Shown here piece after piece: positions 15,564-30,095 of a stretch of DNA of 64,000 nt. The DNA is from the human T2T-CHM13v2.0 reference genome, Homo sapiens. The DNA is taken from NCBI RefSeq assembly GCF_009914755.1, contig NC_060942.1; one strand, given 5' to 3'. Within the stretch, counting starts at the first letter, position 1; each line of letters starts with the position of its first letter. The notes beneath the pieces are model-generated. The model was given only the letters and a program-made list of their open reading frames with translations. It was not told the DNA's origin and ran no database searches. A program made the translations under genes and the position numbers.

Positions 15564-17964
15564 ACTTCTACTCAAACATCTTGAGACTGATGGCTGCAAA
15601 CACACCCACCCTACATTTTTAGCCCCTTCCTCCTCCCTCCCTGCCACTGTTCCCTGTCCTTCGGCCACACCAAGTGACCCACTGTTTTCCTAATCTATCA
15701 TCATTTTTTGTTCACTTTGGCACAAAGACCTCCTTCTCTGCTTAGAAAACTCCTAGTGAACCTTCAAAACCCAGCTTATGTCTTGTCCTCCATGACGTCT
15801 CTCCTAATTCCCCAGGGCATGAGTCATCCTTCTTGGCTCTCCCATTGCACTTCATACTCATTCTCGCACTCTCCCTCTTTGCTAGGAAGAGCACTTGCTC
15901 TCTTCACTCCCTCTCTTCCATTCTCTCCTCACTCTGCAGCATGGTTCACGCCCCCTCCATCTGTCTGAAGCTGTTCCCACCCAAACTGCCGTGTTCTTAA
16001 TCCAGGGAACCCATTTCAGCCTCATTCTGTAGCAGTAGTCAGCGACGACTGTCACCTCCTTCTTGAAACCCTCTTCCCTGGGTCTCCTCCTCCCTCTCTG
16101 GCAATCCCCCCTCAGTTGCTTCTCACCCACCATGAGCTCTACTTCCTCTGCACTATGTCCCTCAGCCCTTCCCAAGTTTCCACACTCAGCCCTAAATGCT
16201 GCTGTCACTTACTCAAAGAATTTTCATCCATCCCCTCCACCCAGGCTAACTTTGTAGAGGCTGGAAGCCCAGAAATGTTCCAAACCACCGTTGGTAGAGG
16301 ACCATGGTGAGGCCAGTCTCCACACGCTCTGGCTGCAGCATGAGCCCCGTGGGCCTGCCTCCTTGCCACCTGTCCTCTGCCTGGATTCCATGCCCCTACA
16401 GAACTCCGGGCCTCATATCCGGTCCTCCTGGCTGACCTCTCTTCTCAGTGCTTGCAGCCCCGCCCTGTCCTCCTAACCATGCTGTCTTGGCCTCAGCCTC
16501 CCTGTGAGTGCTCTCCCCACCTCCTCAGCCTGCCCTGCTTCTCCTCAGGGGCACCGTCTCCCCTCAGCTCTGTTGAGTTGAGGCCATCCTTTCTCCCATG
16601 CCCTGTACACAGAGCGGGATAGAGCCTCTGCATCCTCCTTGCTCACCATTGCTTGCCTGCTATTAACAAAGCAGCCCTCCTCTGTGGCCTACCAGATGGC
16701 CCCTCTTCTTCTCTATCTTGTCCTCCCGTGCCAGCACCTCATCTCATCTCCCATCATCCCCCACACTGAGGCTGTTGGCACCTACGTCATGGCCTCCCTC
16801 TCCACAATTGGTCCCACATCATTCTGGCTGTGAGGCTGATGTGACTCACTTATCTACTATCCTGACACAGAGCCCCACATCCTCAGTTCCTGGGACACTC
16901 ACTGCCCTTGTTGTCAGCCTGTCCTCCCCACATCCACCCTGGACTTTGTGTCATCACCCAGAGCTGCTCAGGGGAGGAGAGATCTGAAGCGAGTATCAGA
17001 GTGGCAGACGCTGGGGAGCTGAGTGTCCAGGGAATGGAAAAGGGCACGAAAGCTGGAAGGCCTGAGAAGTACCCACCCACCTCCTTGCTTGATCATGACT
17101 GCAGTGTGGCCCAGGGGGAGCGTGTTTTCTCTTGGCAATCAGCTTACAGGAGGCATGGCCAGCACTCATGGCCTGCATTGGTAGGCCTAGGCTCCTGGGG
17201 CTACCCCACCCTTCCATGTTGGGAAGGGAGGGGGAGAGTGAGGGAGTAGGATAGCCTTACCCCAGCCCCCTTTCAGAACCCCAAGACCTAGTAAGATTCC
17301 CCCCACTAAAGCCCCTGAATCCCACAAAATATAAGACAGCAGTGGCCCTTCTAGTATCCCCTAAGAGCAAAGGTGTGTCCTTAGCATCCATGTGGGCTCC
17401 CTCCACCCTGAAATCTCTGTCTACAAACCTGAGCCTGCAAGTGGCAGGGCTAATCAAGATTCCCTGTGGCCCCACGGGGAGCCGACAATCTCAGTTGCTG
17501 GCCTGTTGTTCTTGTTCACTGTAGAGTGACCACATATGGGCAGCTGGTGTAATAATTAGCTCATGGGCACTGCAGACCACCTAAGCCCACAGGTGAAAAG
17601 GAGCTGCCCACTCACCTGTCAAAGCCCCTGGCTCTCACAGCTGCTCATCTGCTGTGTGCACAGAACATAGTGCTAAGGATGGGGAGAGGGATTGCTGTGG
17701 GACAAAGGGACAGTGAGGAGGCAGGGGGAGAAAGTCAGACAAGGGCCTCTCCAGGGAACTTATGGTCTTGAGACAGAATTTTAGATGCCAGCCCTAGAAG
17801 GGGCCCAGGACAGCCCACCTCTTTTTTAACAGGTGATTTGGTTTCAAATAATGCAGGGTGGGAAAATGAGCCCAGAGAAGAAGAAATGGCTAACAGTGGC
17901 CTTTCTGAGGGAACACCAGCAGGACATTAAGAGAAAGCCATGTCTGAATAGCTAAGAAAGTCTT

Positions 17965-18296
<332 letters not shown>

Positions 18297-18519
18297 TAGG
18301 CACCATAGGAGCAGATTTATCTAATAAGGAGTAATGAGAGACCCAGAAAATGTAATCTCTCAATCACAGCAATGAGGGAATTATTCAGTGCTATGCTGGG
18401 CTAGTCACTCTTTCATTCATGATGCTAACTTCTTCCAGTAAGTATTTAAAATACATGCTATATATAAAACATATATTAATATGATATGTTAATATTAATT
18501 ATATGTTAATGTAACATTA

Positions 18520-18893
<374 letters not shown>

Positions 18894-21680
18894 TTATGTC
18901 CAAACATTTAGGCCCTGAGTACAAACGTCTTCATTTGCCCCCTGGACTCTCAGGAGCCCCTACAGTTTTCCCTCTGGTGGATTTTGTGCTTTGGGTGGAT
19001 CCTTGACCACGTGCTGGGGATACAAGTCTGAGTAAGACATAGTCTCTGTCCTCAAAGGTCTGATGGTCCAGCAGGGGACACAAAAGGGTTAAAAACAAAA
19101 CAAAAAAAAATACACAGTGAACCTATCTGTGCCCAGGGTGAGCCATCCTGCTATCTTATTTTTCCAACTGAAATTGCACAGACCTCCCAGTTCCGTATTT
19201 TCCAGCCAATTCAAGGCAGGGGAGAAAGGAGGAACAGGTGGGAGGGAGGTCTCGCCCTGGACTCTGACTCAAAGACTCTTCCCACCCTAGCCATAGCCAC
19301 TAAACCCTGGATGGCTCAACATCTCTGGCCCTGCCACCACGATCTGGGTCATAGGTGCCTGGCTGCCTCCGTTCTCCCAGCCTTGAACCCTCAGCTCACA
19401 GGGCTGTGCTCCAGCTGCCCTTCCAACAGGCTGACAACCTTCAGGCCAGACGGAGAAGAGCTGGGCTTCTCCATATCACAGCAGGCAGGTGACTCACTGA
19501 GAGCCCAGACGAGACTGTATAATCCACAGTCTATTGGCCTCTCATCTTCAGGCTCACTGTCTGTGGTCACGAGATGGTCGCAATCGCTTTCAGGTTCTCA
19601 TGCAGAAGTGTCCAACGAAGAAAGGTAGGGAGGGGTCAGCCAGGGCAGCCAAACAGCTCTCCTCACATTTCTCTCTTACCAGGGAGGAACACCTTCCCCG
19701 GAAGTCCTTCCAGGAGATTCCTGTCCCTGTTTGATTGAATCACATGGCCTCCCCTTATTGCAAGAGAGGCAGGGAAGGCAACAGCTGGTGTGACATGGAA
19801 AGGACCTTCTTTCAGTAGGAAAGGGACATTGACCATAGTATCCTCCATGCTTCACACCTTCTCCCATTTTCAGTGGTGGCTTAGTAGACTCAGTGTTAAG
19901 ATGCCTCCCCCAAGTGACGTCTGTCACAAAGAATCACTCACGGATGATTAGGACGTAAATCCCCAAGGTGGAATTATTCCATCAGCTTCTCTCAAAGCCA
20001 CTCTTCCCCACTCCTAGAAGCAAAGGAAGTCAAGAGTTATTAAACATCTGCTACAAGCAAGGTATTTCTCCCGGAGCCTTCATCTGCCAACACACTTGAC
20101 TCCTTATAATACTCATTCCAAGTATAAATAATCATCCTCATTCCACAAGGGGTGGGGGAGCTAGGTCTGCCTCCAGGGCTGTCTGCCACCAAAGCTCTTG
20201 CTTTCCGCCCCAGGCCATGGATTCCCAGGGAGGCCCCACTGGCTGCCTCCCATATGACACCATTGATCTCGGGCAGGAGCAGACAAGTGAAAGAGGCTCA
20301 TTCTCTGCCCCCACCCCCGCTGTGGTTGAAGAAGCTACTCCAAGCAGAAGGTTGTGTATTACTAGTTTGTGTGTCACACAGGAGAGGGGTCAGGGGCTTG
20401 GGAGCAAGGTCCCACCATCTCTGTCTGCAGCTTGATCACCCATTGACCTCATGGTCCCCTGGTGGGTGGTGTGGAGTACACATTTGGAGAGAGGACCCCA
20501 CAGGGGGCTTCCAGAGCCCTGAACTGACCCAATGAGTCCACTGCAGGGAGAGGCCAAAAGGACCTCTTCAGGAGAGAGCCTGAGGCTGCAGGCACTTCTT
20601 CGGTCAGTATTCACATGTGCTTAGGGCCACACAGGGAACTGTGGGGGCACCTGGGAGAGCCCTCATCCTAGGCTGGATGACTGGAAGACTGGAATCCCAT
20701 GGGAATTCATGGCAAGGGGAGGGCCCTCTGTGCAGCTGGATGGGCAGGGAAGACTTCTTGAGGAAGGAGAGGTATGGCTGAAGTTTTAACCTAGTACAGC
20801 TAAGTGGAAAGGCAACTCAATCAAAAAAGAGAAAATGGAAGTACAGAAGAACAGCCTGGAGGTCAGAGAAGGACAGCAAGGAGACCCATCTGTCCAGAGC
20901 CAGAAATGCCATACGGTGGCCAGTGGTTGTCTGGGTGTGGGAGGTGAGTTGAGTTTCTGAGACAAAGACTGAAGCTTCTTATGAATGAAAACTATGCCTC
21001 ACCGATTCCCAGCAGTCAGCGTGATGCCTGGCATGGAGAAGGTGCTCGATAAATAACTATTTATGGAATGAGGGAATAAATGAATGTTTGAGTCCATCCT
21101 GTCCCACCAAAGTGCCCCTGCAAACCTGGCATAGCCTGGCCTGCCTTCCTTCTCCCAAGGATCACAGAGGCCATGTGCTCAAGATACATCCCAAACCCAA
21201 TTTGTTATTCCTGATTTGTTTTTCTCTTGAAAGTTTCCTAGATGGAACCCTCTTAATTAGAAACCAAAAGGTATGGCTCATTCCCAGCCTTAAAACTGTT
21301 TCCTTCCCCATCCTAGTAAAGATTGTGCAGAGAGGTCTATGGGAAGTTGCACTTGGAAGGCCTTGAGCCAGGCTGTTCCCATTCTTTAGTGCTGACTTAT
21401 ATCCAGCTGGTCTGAGACACAGAATGCTAGGGGAATAGATGGGGCCTTGCAGACTACCAGATTCAACTCCCTTTTTCTACTTTTGACAAAGCCAAGCCCC
21501 AGAGATGTCAGCCACCTGCCCACAGTTGAGCAGCAAATGAAGACCAGAACCCCGGTCCCAGCCCAGTGCTGCCCCACTGCCCTGTGTTGTCCCTCCCAGA
21601 ACACCTGGCACTGCTTTTGGGCTACTGCACACCACAGCCCCTTGGACAGCACACTTAACCATCTGGCATTGCCTCCCCAG

Positions 21681-21842
21681 GGGCCCATGAGCTGGAGCAG
21701 ATGCAACTCATCCTGGAGACCATCCCTGTAATCCGGGAGGAAGACAAGGACGAGCTGCTCAGGGTGATGCCTTCCTTTGTCAGCAGCACCTGGGAGGTGA
21801 AGAGGCCTCTGCGCAAGCTGCTCCCTGAAGTGAACAGTGAAG
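21681..21842 (+). CDS. MAPK4: MAPK4 coding exon (probably exon 4)
   Basis: Acceptor gcctccccag|, donor AAG|gtacct. 162 nt, phase 1-1. Reads (G)AHELEQMQLILETIPVIREEDKDELLRVMPSFVSSTWEVKRPLRKLLPEVNSE, in frame with both neighbouring exons. Confidence 0.96.
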
Positions 21843-23323
21843 GTACCTGAGCCTGGCAGCCAGGCCAAGTGTCCTGGGAGGATGAGCTAGGCTCCACCTT
21901 GCGGGGTAGGGGGCAGGCAGGTCTCCTTCCAAAAGGGCAAAGCATGGTCCTTGGATATAAAAGTCAAGGCTCCCCTGCCAGTGGGCCTTTGCCCTAACTA
22001 CTTCCAAGCTGTGGATGCTGGGCCTCAGGAGTCCATTAGGGGCAGTCATTAGTGTTCTACCCTTGTTTCTGCTGCCTTTTGCTTCTCATCTTCCTTGCTC
22101 ACCTTCCTCCCTCTCTTTCCTTCATCCTCCCTCACATTTTTGTCCTGGAAGGCTTGGTGTGCTGCAAAGAACAGGAGCTTCCTCAGCCTGAGGGCAAGAC
22201 CCAGGTCCCATTCCACCAGTGATGAGCTGTGTGGCCTCAGGCAAGGACCGCCCTTCACTCCTCAGGCTTACTCCCTCTACTGTATATTCAAGGCTCAGCA
22301 GGCCTGGGAAGAGGCCAAAGGCTCTAGCTGCCTCTAGCTCTCAGAGGCTCAGGAGACCCAGTCTCGGTGACAGCATCCCTCAGCAGCCGAAACGTCCATC
22401 TTGTGACAGGTGCAGAACAAGGGAGGCAGGCCCCAAGACCACACTGGGGGCATTAATTCTGAGCTCCATTTATTACAGGACAGAAATAGACTAAAGGTGA
22501 TGAATCTGATGACAAAAACTCAGGTGCGGCACAGGTGAAAGGCGGGCTCTGGATGAAGCAGGGTTGAGGGGCTCAGTGTCCTGCCCACCTGCCTCTCAAT
22601 CTCCAGACATGCTCCTGAGAACCCTTCCAGAACCCCTGGGGCTCTGAGCAGCTCAGTTTGGAATCCACTGGGCCAGAGGAAGGTGACAAGATTGTACAGA
22701 AGCTTCATTATCTAAGAAATGACTTAAAAACATCCGGGGAGGGTGAGCCTAGGGAGGAGGAGTTTCTGAGGGGCGGTGGCTTAGGAGTTAAGGTGAAGCT
22801 TGTACAGTAGCAGATAACCCTGAAATCTCCGTGGCTTAACCCACTTACAGTTTATTCATTGTTTACTTCACATCCAGGCAGAGTTGGGAGCATGGATGGG
22901 CAGGGGAGGATGAGTGGCTGTGCCCGGGACCCAGGCCATCAGGTCTGCCATCTTCAGCAGGTGGCTTTCAAGGTCACCTTGGGCATTCCCTTCCAGCCAA
23001 AGCCAGGGGAAGAGAGAGCAGAGACTCTTGCAGGAGGTTTTTCTGGGTCAGGCCTGGAAGTGGGGTACACACAGCACTTCCACCCCCATTCCATCAGCCC
23101 CAGGCACACAGCCATTTCTCACTGCAGGAGGGGCTTGGAAAGGCAGGTCAGAAGGGTGCCAGGATGGATGTCACATGGGACATGACTGCTGCCTTGAAAC
23201 AGAAGAGGGGAAATCGTGGGACAGAGAGGACATGCTGCTTTGGGGAAACCACTGAAGGCAGAGGTAGGCCCTAGGGTAGAAGTTAAAGGGGGATTTAAGT
23301 TTGATAAAAGGAAGTATTTTCTG

Positions 23324-24086
<763 letters not shown>

Positions 24087-25676
24087 AGTGGTGGTACTCA
24101 TCTTTTTTAAAGATGATACTGCCTGCCTCAATCTTTACAGCTTTAATTCTCTCATTTCCTTGTCAAAAGGTCAAGTCATGGCTGGGGCCAAAAAAGGGGC
24201 CAGAGGCCCAAAGAGAGAAAAACCTGCCCAGACTTGAAGCTGGGCCCCGCACTAGACTGGCCCGATTCTTCCAGTCCTAGGAATTTGTCAGGCAGATCCT
24301 CTTTTAAGTTTGCAACTCCAGACCCAGAAACACGCTCTGAGCATCAGACTGTTGGGGGTGATCAGAGTTACTGCTGCTTAACTAATTTGGGGGTCTAGGG
24401 TTACACTGCAGCACTGCGTCCTCCTGGGAGGCCAGTGACCTTCTGAATCCATCGATTTCCTCAATCACTGATGAATTTTCTTGCAAAGAGATACAGGGCT
24501 GGTGTGAGGGGCAGGTTAATGGTGCAGGCTGAGGCCCACGAGGGAGCTCCTCGGAGGGATGGGCAGCCTGGGCCTTGAGCTCAGCTCCATTTCTCCCTCT
24601 CCATGTGGGCTGTAACATGAGGAGCCAAGTCATGATTTAAGCGGACCTCCAGAGATGCCAGTGCTGAGAAGGAATCCAAACTTCTAGGCTAGTCCTTGCG
24701 CTGAGATAACCCAGGGCAGAGCTCCAAGAGCAGAGCTCCCAGGGCACCCACCCCTGCTCAAGGGAAGGGCCACCAGTGCCTGTGTGCAGAGCTGCTATCT
24801 GCTGAATTTTGGCATACATTCATGCTGGTTAGCAAACAGCCTCTCGCACAAGGCTTCTGAGTGTCCCTTCCCTTCCCCAGGTTCCCACTGCCCAGAACTC
24901 CCCCTTGATCCAGACATGAAAGGACTACTGCTTGGCAGAGCAGGGGAATTCAGCCTGGTTGTTCAGTATCTGTAATATCTATCCATCCATCAAGGCTGTC
25001 TGCCTTTGTTGAACTTCCAGGGGCAGCATATGGTAGGAAGAGCTCTGGATTCGGACCCAGGAGCTCTGGGCTGTGGAGACCCTGTCCCACCCCTCGACTG
25101 CAGCATTCCCCTTTCTCACTAAGGCTTTTTACTGCTGCACCTGGCACTCCAGCCTCAGGGCTTCCTCAGGAGCAGGCTCCTCCGTCCCATTCCAGCAGCC
25201 CCTTAAGCCATGACAAAGGGAAGTTGGTATATAAATATCCCAGCTTCCCTGCCCCGCAAGGGGAACCACCTCTGAGTGTGGCCCACACTGTCTCTGGAGG
25301 ATCCCAGATGCCCACAGGAGTAACCTGTCATGAGTGTGCCTTGTTCTGGTTCCCCCTCACTCCCCCACCTGTGCTTGCTGGGATCCCCCACCACATAAAC
25401 TACCTACAACCCTAAGCTTTGTCTCTGGTTCTGTCTCTGGAGAAACCCAGGCTGAGGCTGGACCTTGAGCAAGTCACTTGATCCTCTGAGTCTGTTTAAT
25501 TCATTTACAAAATCTAGAAGGCAGCATCTGCTTTGCCTTTGTCACTGGATTGTGACAAGGGTCTTGAGAAAGAAAATGGCTAAAAACCTTTTAACAAATG
25601 CAGAAGCACAGACACCAGCACAGAATGTCACCGTGCTGAGGAATCTCCTTCTGAGCTCAACAAGGGCAACAAATGA

Positions 25677-26045
<369 letters not shown>

Positions 26046-26359
26046 TAGCTTCCTGCCTTTCTCTTGTGCCCAGACACTACCAGTAAATGACCAGTGTGAG
26101 TTGCATGTGTGGGTCAGAGGCCTTCCTTTGTGCAACACCCCCAGCTTCCCTCACCATGACTCTACTGAACATGGGGTTCAATACAGTGCTCCGCAAGGAT
26201 TTAGTGAACACCATGGTAGGAGCTCACTTCTAGCAGCCTGGGAACTTGCCCTTGAAAAGTAAACTGCAACAAGGCGAGGCAAAAAAACAAAGCAGAGATT
26301 ACCATTACAAAACGCTATCTCATGTTTCATGTTGGTAACTCTTAAAAATGCCATTAAAA

Positions 26360-26612
26360 ACCAGGTTCGGTGGCTCATATCTGTAATCCCAGCACTTTAG
26401 GAGGCCAAGGTGGGAGGATAGCTTGAGGCCAGGAGTTCCAGACCAGCCTGGGAAACAAAGCAAGACCCCATCTCTACAAATTTTTTTTTTTAATTAGCCA
26501 GGCATGGTGGCACACGGCTGTAGTCCCAGACACTGGGAAGGCTGAGGCTGGGGAATCCCTTGAGCCCAGAAGTTTGAGGTTGCAGAGTGAGACCCTGTCA
26601 AAAAAAAAAAAA
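26360..26612 (+). mobile_element. Alu with right-arm deletion
   Basis: Alu motifs. TSD aaaaatgccattaa on both sides. Confidence 0.92.
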
Positions 26613-28207
26613 TGCCATTAACGGGGGCTACATTATTATTGCCCATTGACACACAAGGAAGCTTCAGCTGCAAGGTTAAGAGACTGGCATCATGTCACAC
26701 CCCTGATGGGCCTCTCTGCAATCTGCATCCATGTCAGACGCTGCTAAGCAATTATAGGACCATTTCCTGCTAAACTGGGCTTGGCTACAGAATCCTCAAC
26801 AGGTGTCCCTGGAAGCCACTACCAATGAATCAGCGTTGGGTAGAAGATGTATTTTTAAACAATTTCTGCCTAGGCACGTAATGATCTCTTAGATCTTTTC
26901 CTGTTCTGACGTTCTTAGATCAGGCAGCTAAACATTTGGGCATCACCATCTGCTAATTCTGGGAGGGAGTGCTGGTAGCTGCTCAGTTTAGAAACAGCAG
27001 TCGAGGGCTCAAGCAGCTAGGACTCCGAGGGGGCCTAACTGGGAGTCCCACTGCCGGGGGAATGTGACAGCTAGTTACATAAGTGACAGATGAGCAATTT
27101 CTCCTTTTTAGTCATTTGACAGATGATGGGTTTCAGATTAAGGAGGCACTGAGGGAGGGCCAGGGCGACGCTGCTATTTTTGGACAGGTTTGCTGGCTTG
27201 TTGTTGTCAATTGTTGTTTTCAAGCATTGCCAACAAATAGAGATTAATGAAGACTCTGTCTTCTGCCACCCCTGGGGCAGCCCTGCCCTTGACTGTGGTT
27301 CCTGCGGCAGCTTCCCCTTCCTCCAGAGAGCCTGGAGGCAAAGAACATTGGCTCAGGGAGAGTCATCCTATACTTTCTGCGACTGTGGCATAGGGTTGTG
27401 CCAGGAAAAACTGTCACAGGATTTGTTGCTGCCTGTCCACCCTGACCACCCCTAAACCTGGTGCACCTCACCTGTGCTCCCAACCTTTGCCATCACACCT
27501 GCCCAAGGGAAGAGGATGACAAAGGACCTTCTTGCTGTGGGCAAGCTCCTTACCCTCTTGGAATGCTAGTTTCCCAACTGTAAAGCGGGGGTGATAACAC
27601 AAAGTCCACAGGGTTGCTATGAAGACTACAGATAATGTATGTTTGGCACTTGGAATAGAGCAGCCAAGGGTCAGCGTCTTCACACACTCTTCCTCCTGGA
27701 AATTTCTGCCCAAGGCCACTCAATCAAGGAGGCAGGGTTCAGCTGTAGGAGCAATTCCTGCCCTAGCAGCGTCACTGGGAGGCGGGCAGTGCTGAGGCCT
27801 TCCTGTGCCTCTCCAGTCACACTCTGTGGGCTACAGCTGCCAGGTCTATCCCACACAGCCGAATCTGCCTCTCCTTGGTCTATCTGTTGGGCCTGCTCAG
27901 GGAGTAGCTGGCTGCAGGCTGATGTCCTCTGTGCTCCTGCCTGCCCCACAACCCCAGGGTTCTAGGTAGAGCACCCGCACAAGGAAGGGAGGGCTCCGCC
28001 AGAGCTGATGGCCTGCCTGTCTGCCCATCTGCCCTTCATTTGCTCTTGGCTAGCTGACTTCACTCTCCATGGCTGCAGAGCAGTCGAACGGGGCAGAATG
28101 CCAAAGATCTTCAGCTTCTCTGGAGGGTGTCTGTAATCTTTCTGTAGGTCCCACCTGCCCTGCGTCAATGCAAGGTGCTATGGGGCCCCCAAGCAGATCC
28201 ACCAGGG

Positions 28208-28556
28208 CAGGGGTTCTCAGCCCTGGCTGTACTTAGAATCACCTGGGGGATCTTCAAAACATGCTTAATCAGGTCCCCACCCTAGACCTACTCAGTCAGA
28301 ATTGGTGGGGGGAAGCAGTGAGGCAGACATGCTATTTTATTTTTAATTCCCCTATGTGACTCTAATCTGATCCAGGGTTGAGAAGCACTCACTGGAGCCT
28401 TGCTCCTCAAAATGTGGGTCCAATGCCCAGCAGCATCAGAGCAGCTGGGAGCTTGTTAGAATCTCAGGCCCCATCTCAGATCTACAGAATCAACATCTGC
28501 ATTTTAGCAAGACCCGCAGGTGATTCGTGCATCTATCAGCGTTTGAGAAGCATTGC
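28208..28556. mobile_element. Two adjacent MER5-type MITEs
   Basis: caggggttctcagccctgg...ccagggttgagaagcact (terminal inverted repeats), then a second unit ending gtttgagaagcattg. Confidence 0.7.
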
Positions 28557-28900
28557 ACAGGTGGATCCCCTAGAAAGTTTCACGAGGACAGGGACGTTTG
28601 TTTTGTTCACTGCTGTATTCAGTAATGTCTGGAACAGTGAGTGCTGGCACATGGTAGGTGCGCAGGAAATATCTGCAGGGTTTCGAATGCGTACAAAAGA
28701 ACACAAGAGTTAAGCCGAACAATCCATGTCCCCAGCTGAGCCCCCAAGGCTCGCCATTACCTGTCCATCACCCTCCCACCTTGAGGGATGGGGGTCGAAG
28801 GCAGGTGTGTGAGTGGCAAACAGGGATTAGAGGGCTTGGCTCCCTCCCGGAAGCTACCTGGCTTGGGCATCCAATCACCGCTCTGTTTGTACCCTTGCAG

Positions 28901-29597
28901 GTACCCTGTGAGCCTGTCGTCGGACCTGGAGTGGCGGCCTGACCGGTGCCAGGACGCCAGCGAGGTACAGCGCGACCCGCGCGCGGGTTCGGCGCCACTG
29001 GCTGAGGACGTGCAGGTGGACCCGCGCAAGGACTCGCACAGCAGCTCCGAGCGCTTCCTAGAGCAGTCGCACTCGTCCATGGAGCGCGCCTTCGAGGCCG
29101 ACTACGGGCGCTCCTGCGACTACAAGGTGGGGTCGCCGTCCTACCTGGACAAGCTGCTGTGGCGCGACAACAAGCCGCACCACTACTCGGAGCCCAAGCT
29201 CATCCTGGACCTGTCGCACTGGAAGCAGGCGGCCGGCGCGCCCCCCACGGCCACGGGGCTGGCGGACACGGGGGCGCGCGAGGACGAGCCGGCCAGCCTC
29301 TTCCTGGAGATCGCGCAGTGGGTCAAGAGCACGCAGGGCGGCCCAGAGCACGCCAGCCCGCCCGCCGACGACCCCGAGCGCCGCTTGTCTGCCTCGCCCC
29401 CCGGCCGCCCGGCCCCGGTGGACGGCGGCGCCAGCCCCCAGTTCGACCTGGACGTGTTCATCTCCCGCGCCCTGAAGCTCTGCACCAAGCCCGAGGACCT
29501 GCCGGACAATAAACTGGGCGACCTCAATGGTGCGTGCATCCCCGAGCACCCTGGCGACCTCGTGCAGACCGAGGCCTTCTCCAAAGAAAGGTGGTGA
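28901..29597 (+). CDS. MAPK4: MAPK4 terminal coding exon (C-terminal extension, ends ...EAFSKERW*)
   Basis: Acceptor acccttgcag|. 697 nt to TGA at 29595-29597. Corresponds to the 3' part of ORF 28788..29597. YPVSLSSDLEW...HHYSEPKLILDLSHWK...EAFSKERW is the recognised ERK4 tail. Confidence 0.97.
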
Positions 29598-29690
29598 GGG
29601 CGGAGGGGCCGCTCCAGGCCCCACAGAGCAGGAGACCCCCAGAGAAAGCCGGGGCTGGCAGGAGGCGGCCGCCCTTCCCGCCCCTCTCTG
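28915..29690. other. Intragenic CpG island over the terminal coding exon
   Basis: Very high GC and dense undecayed CpGs (e.g. cgcgacccgcgcgcggg), in contrast to the CpG-depleted rest of the window. Confidence 0.85.
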
Positions 29691-29964
29691 CTGCCTTGGG
29701 GTTGGCAGAACACGTGAAGGATCCGAGGAGCGAGAGGAATGTCCATTTCTTAAACTGCCTTAATAACTAGCCTTTAACCTGTGGGAGCGGGTTTGAACAG
29801 GACCCTGGCTTAGGGGTTGATCACTTTCCTAGCAAAGGGGAGACCACATGTGGTGCACAGGGAAGAAACGGCTTTAGACAGCAGTCTGCGGGCCCCACCT
29901 GGGTGGCAGGATGCCGAGAAATCTTGCAGAGGTAGCTCCGAAACCATCTGGCCCAACTAGCCTC

Positions 29965-30095
29965 AACTGACAGCTGAGGAAAGGCAATTAGGCCCAGAGA
30001 GGCAGAGACACTCGCTTAAGATCACAGGCTTAGTGTGAGGACGAGCTTGAAATCCCAGTCTCCTGGCCCCCAGGCCAGGGTCTGTCCACCATAGA
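29965..30095. mobile_element. MIR fragment in the 3'UTR
   Basis: gaggaaa...aggcccagagagg...cttaagatcacag...cttgaaatcccagtctcctgg. Confidence 0.5.

Noticed and set aside
21386-21868. 160-aa minus-strand ORF
   Set aside because: Antisense shadow of the MAPK4 exon at 21681-21842.
28788-28900. N-terminal part of the 269-aa ORF (MGVEGRCV...) as a standalone single-exon gene
   Set aside because: It lies upstream of a clear polypyrimidine/AG acceptor at 28900, so it is intronic sequence that happens to be open.
29058-29746. Two ~188-aa antisense ORFs and alternative-frame ORFs (e.g. 29159..29512) over the terminal exon
   Set aside because: These are the expected shadow ORFs of a very GC-rich coding exon, where stop codons are scarce. 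They are low-complexity and show no recognisable domain.
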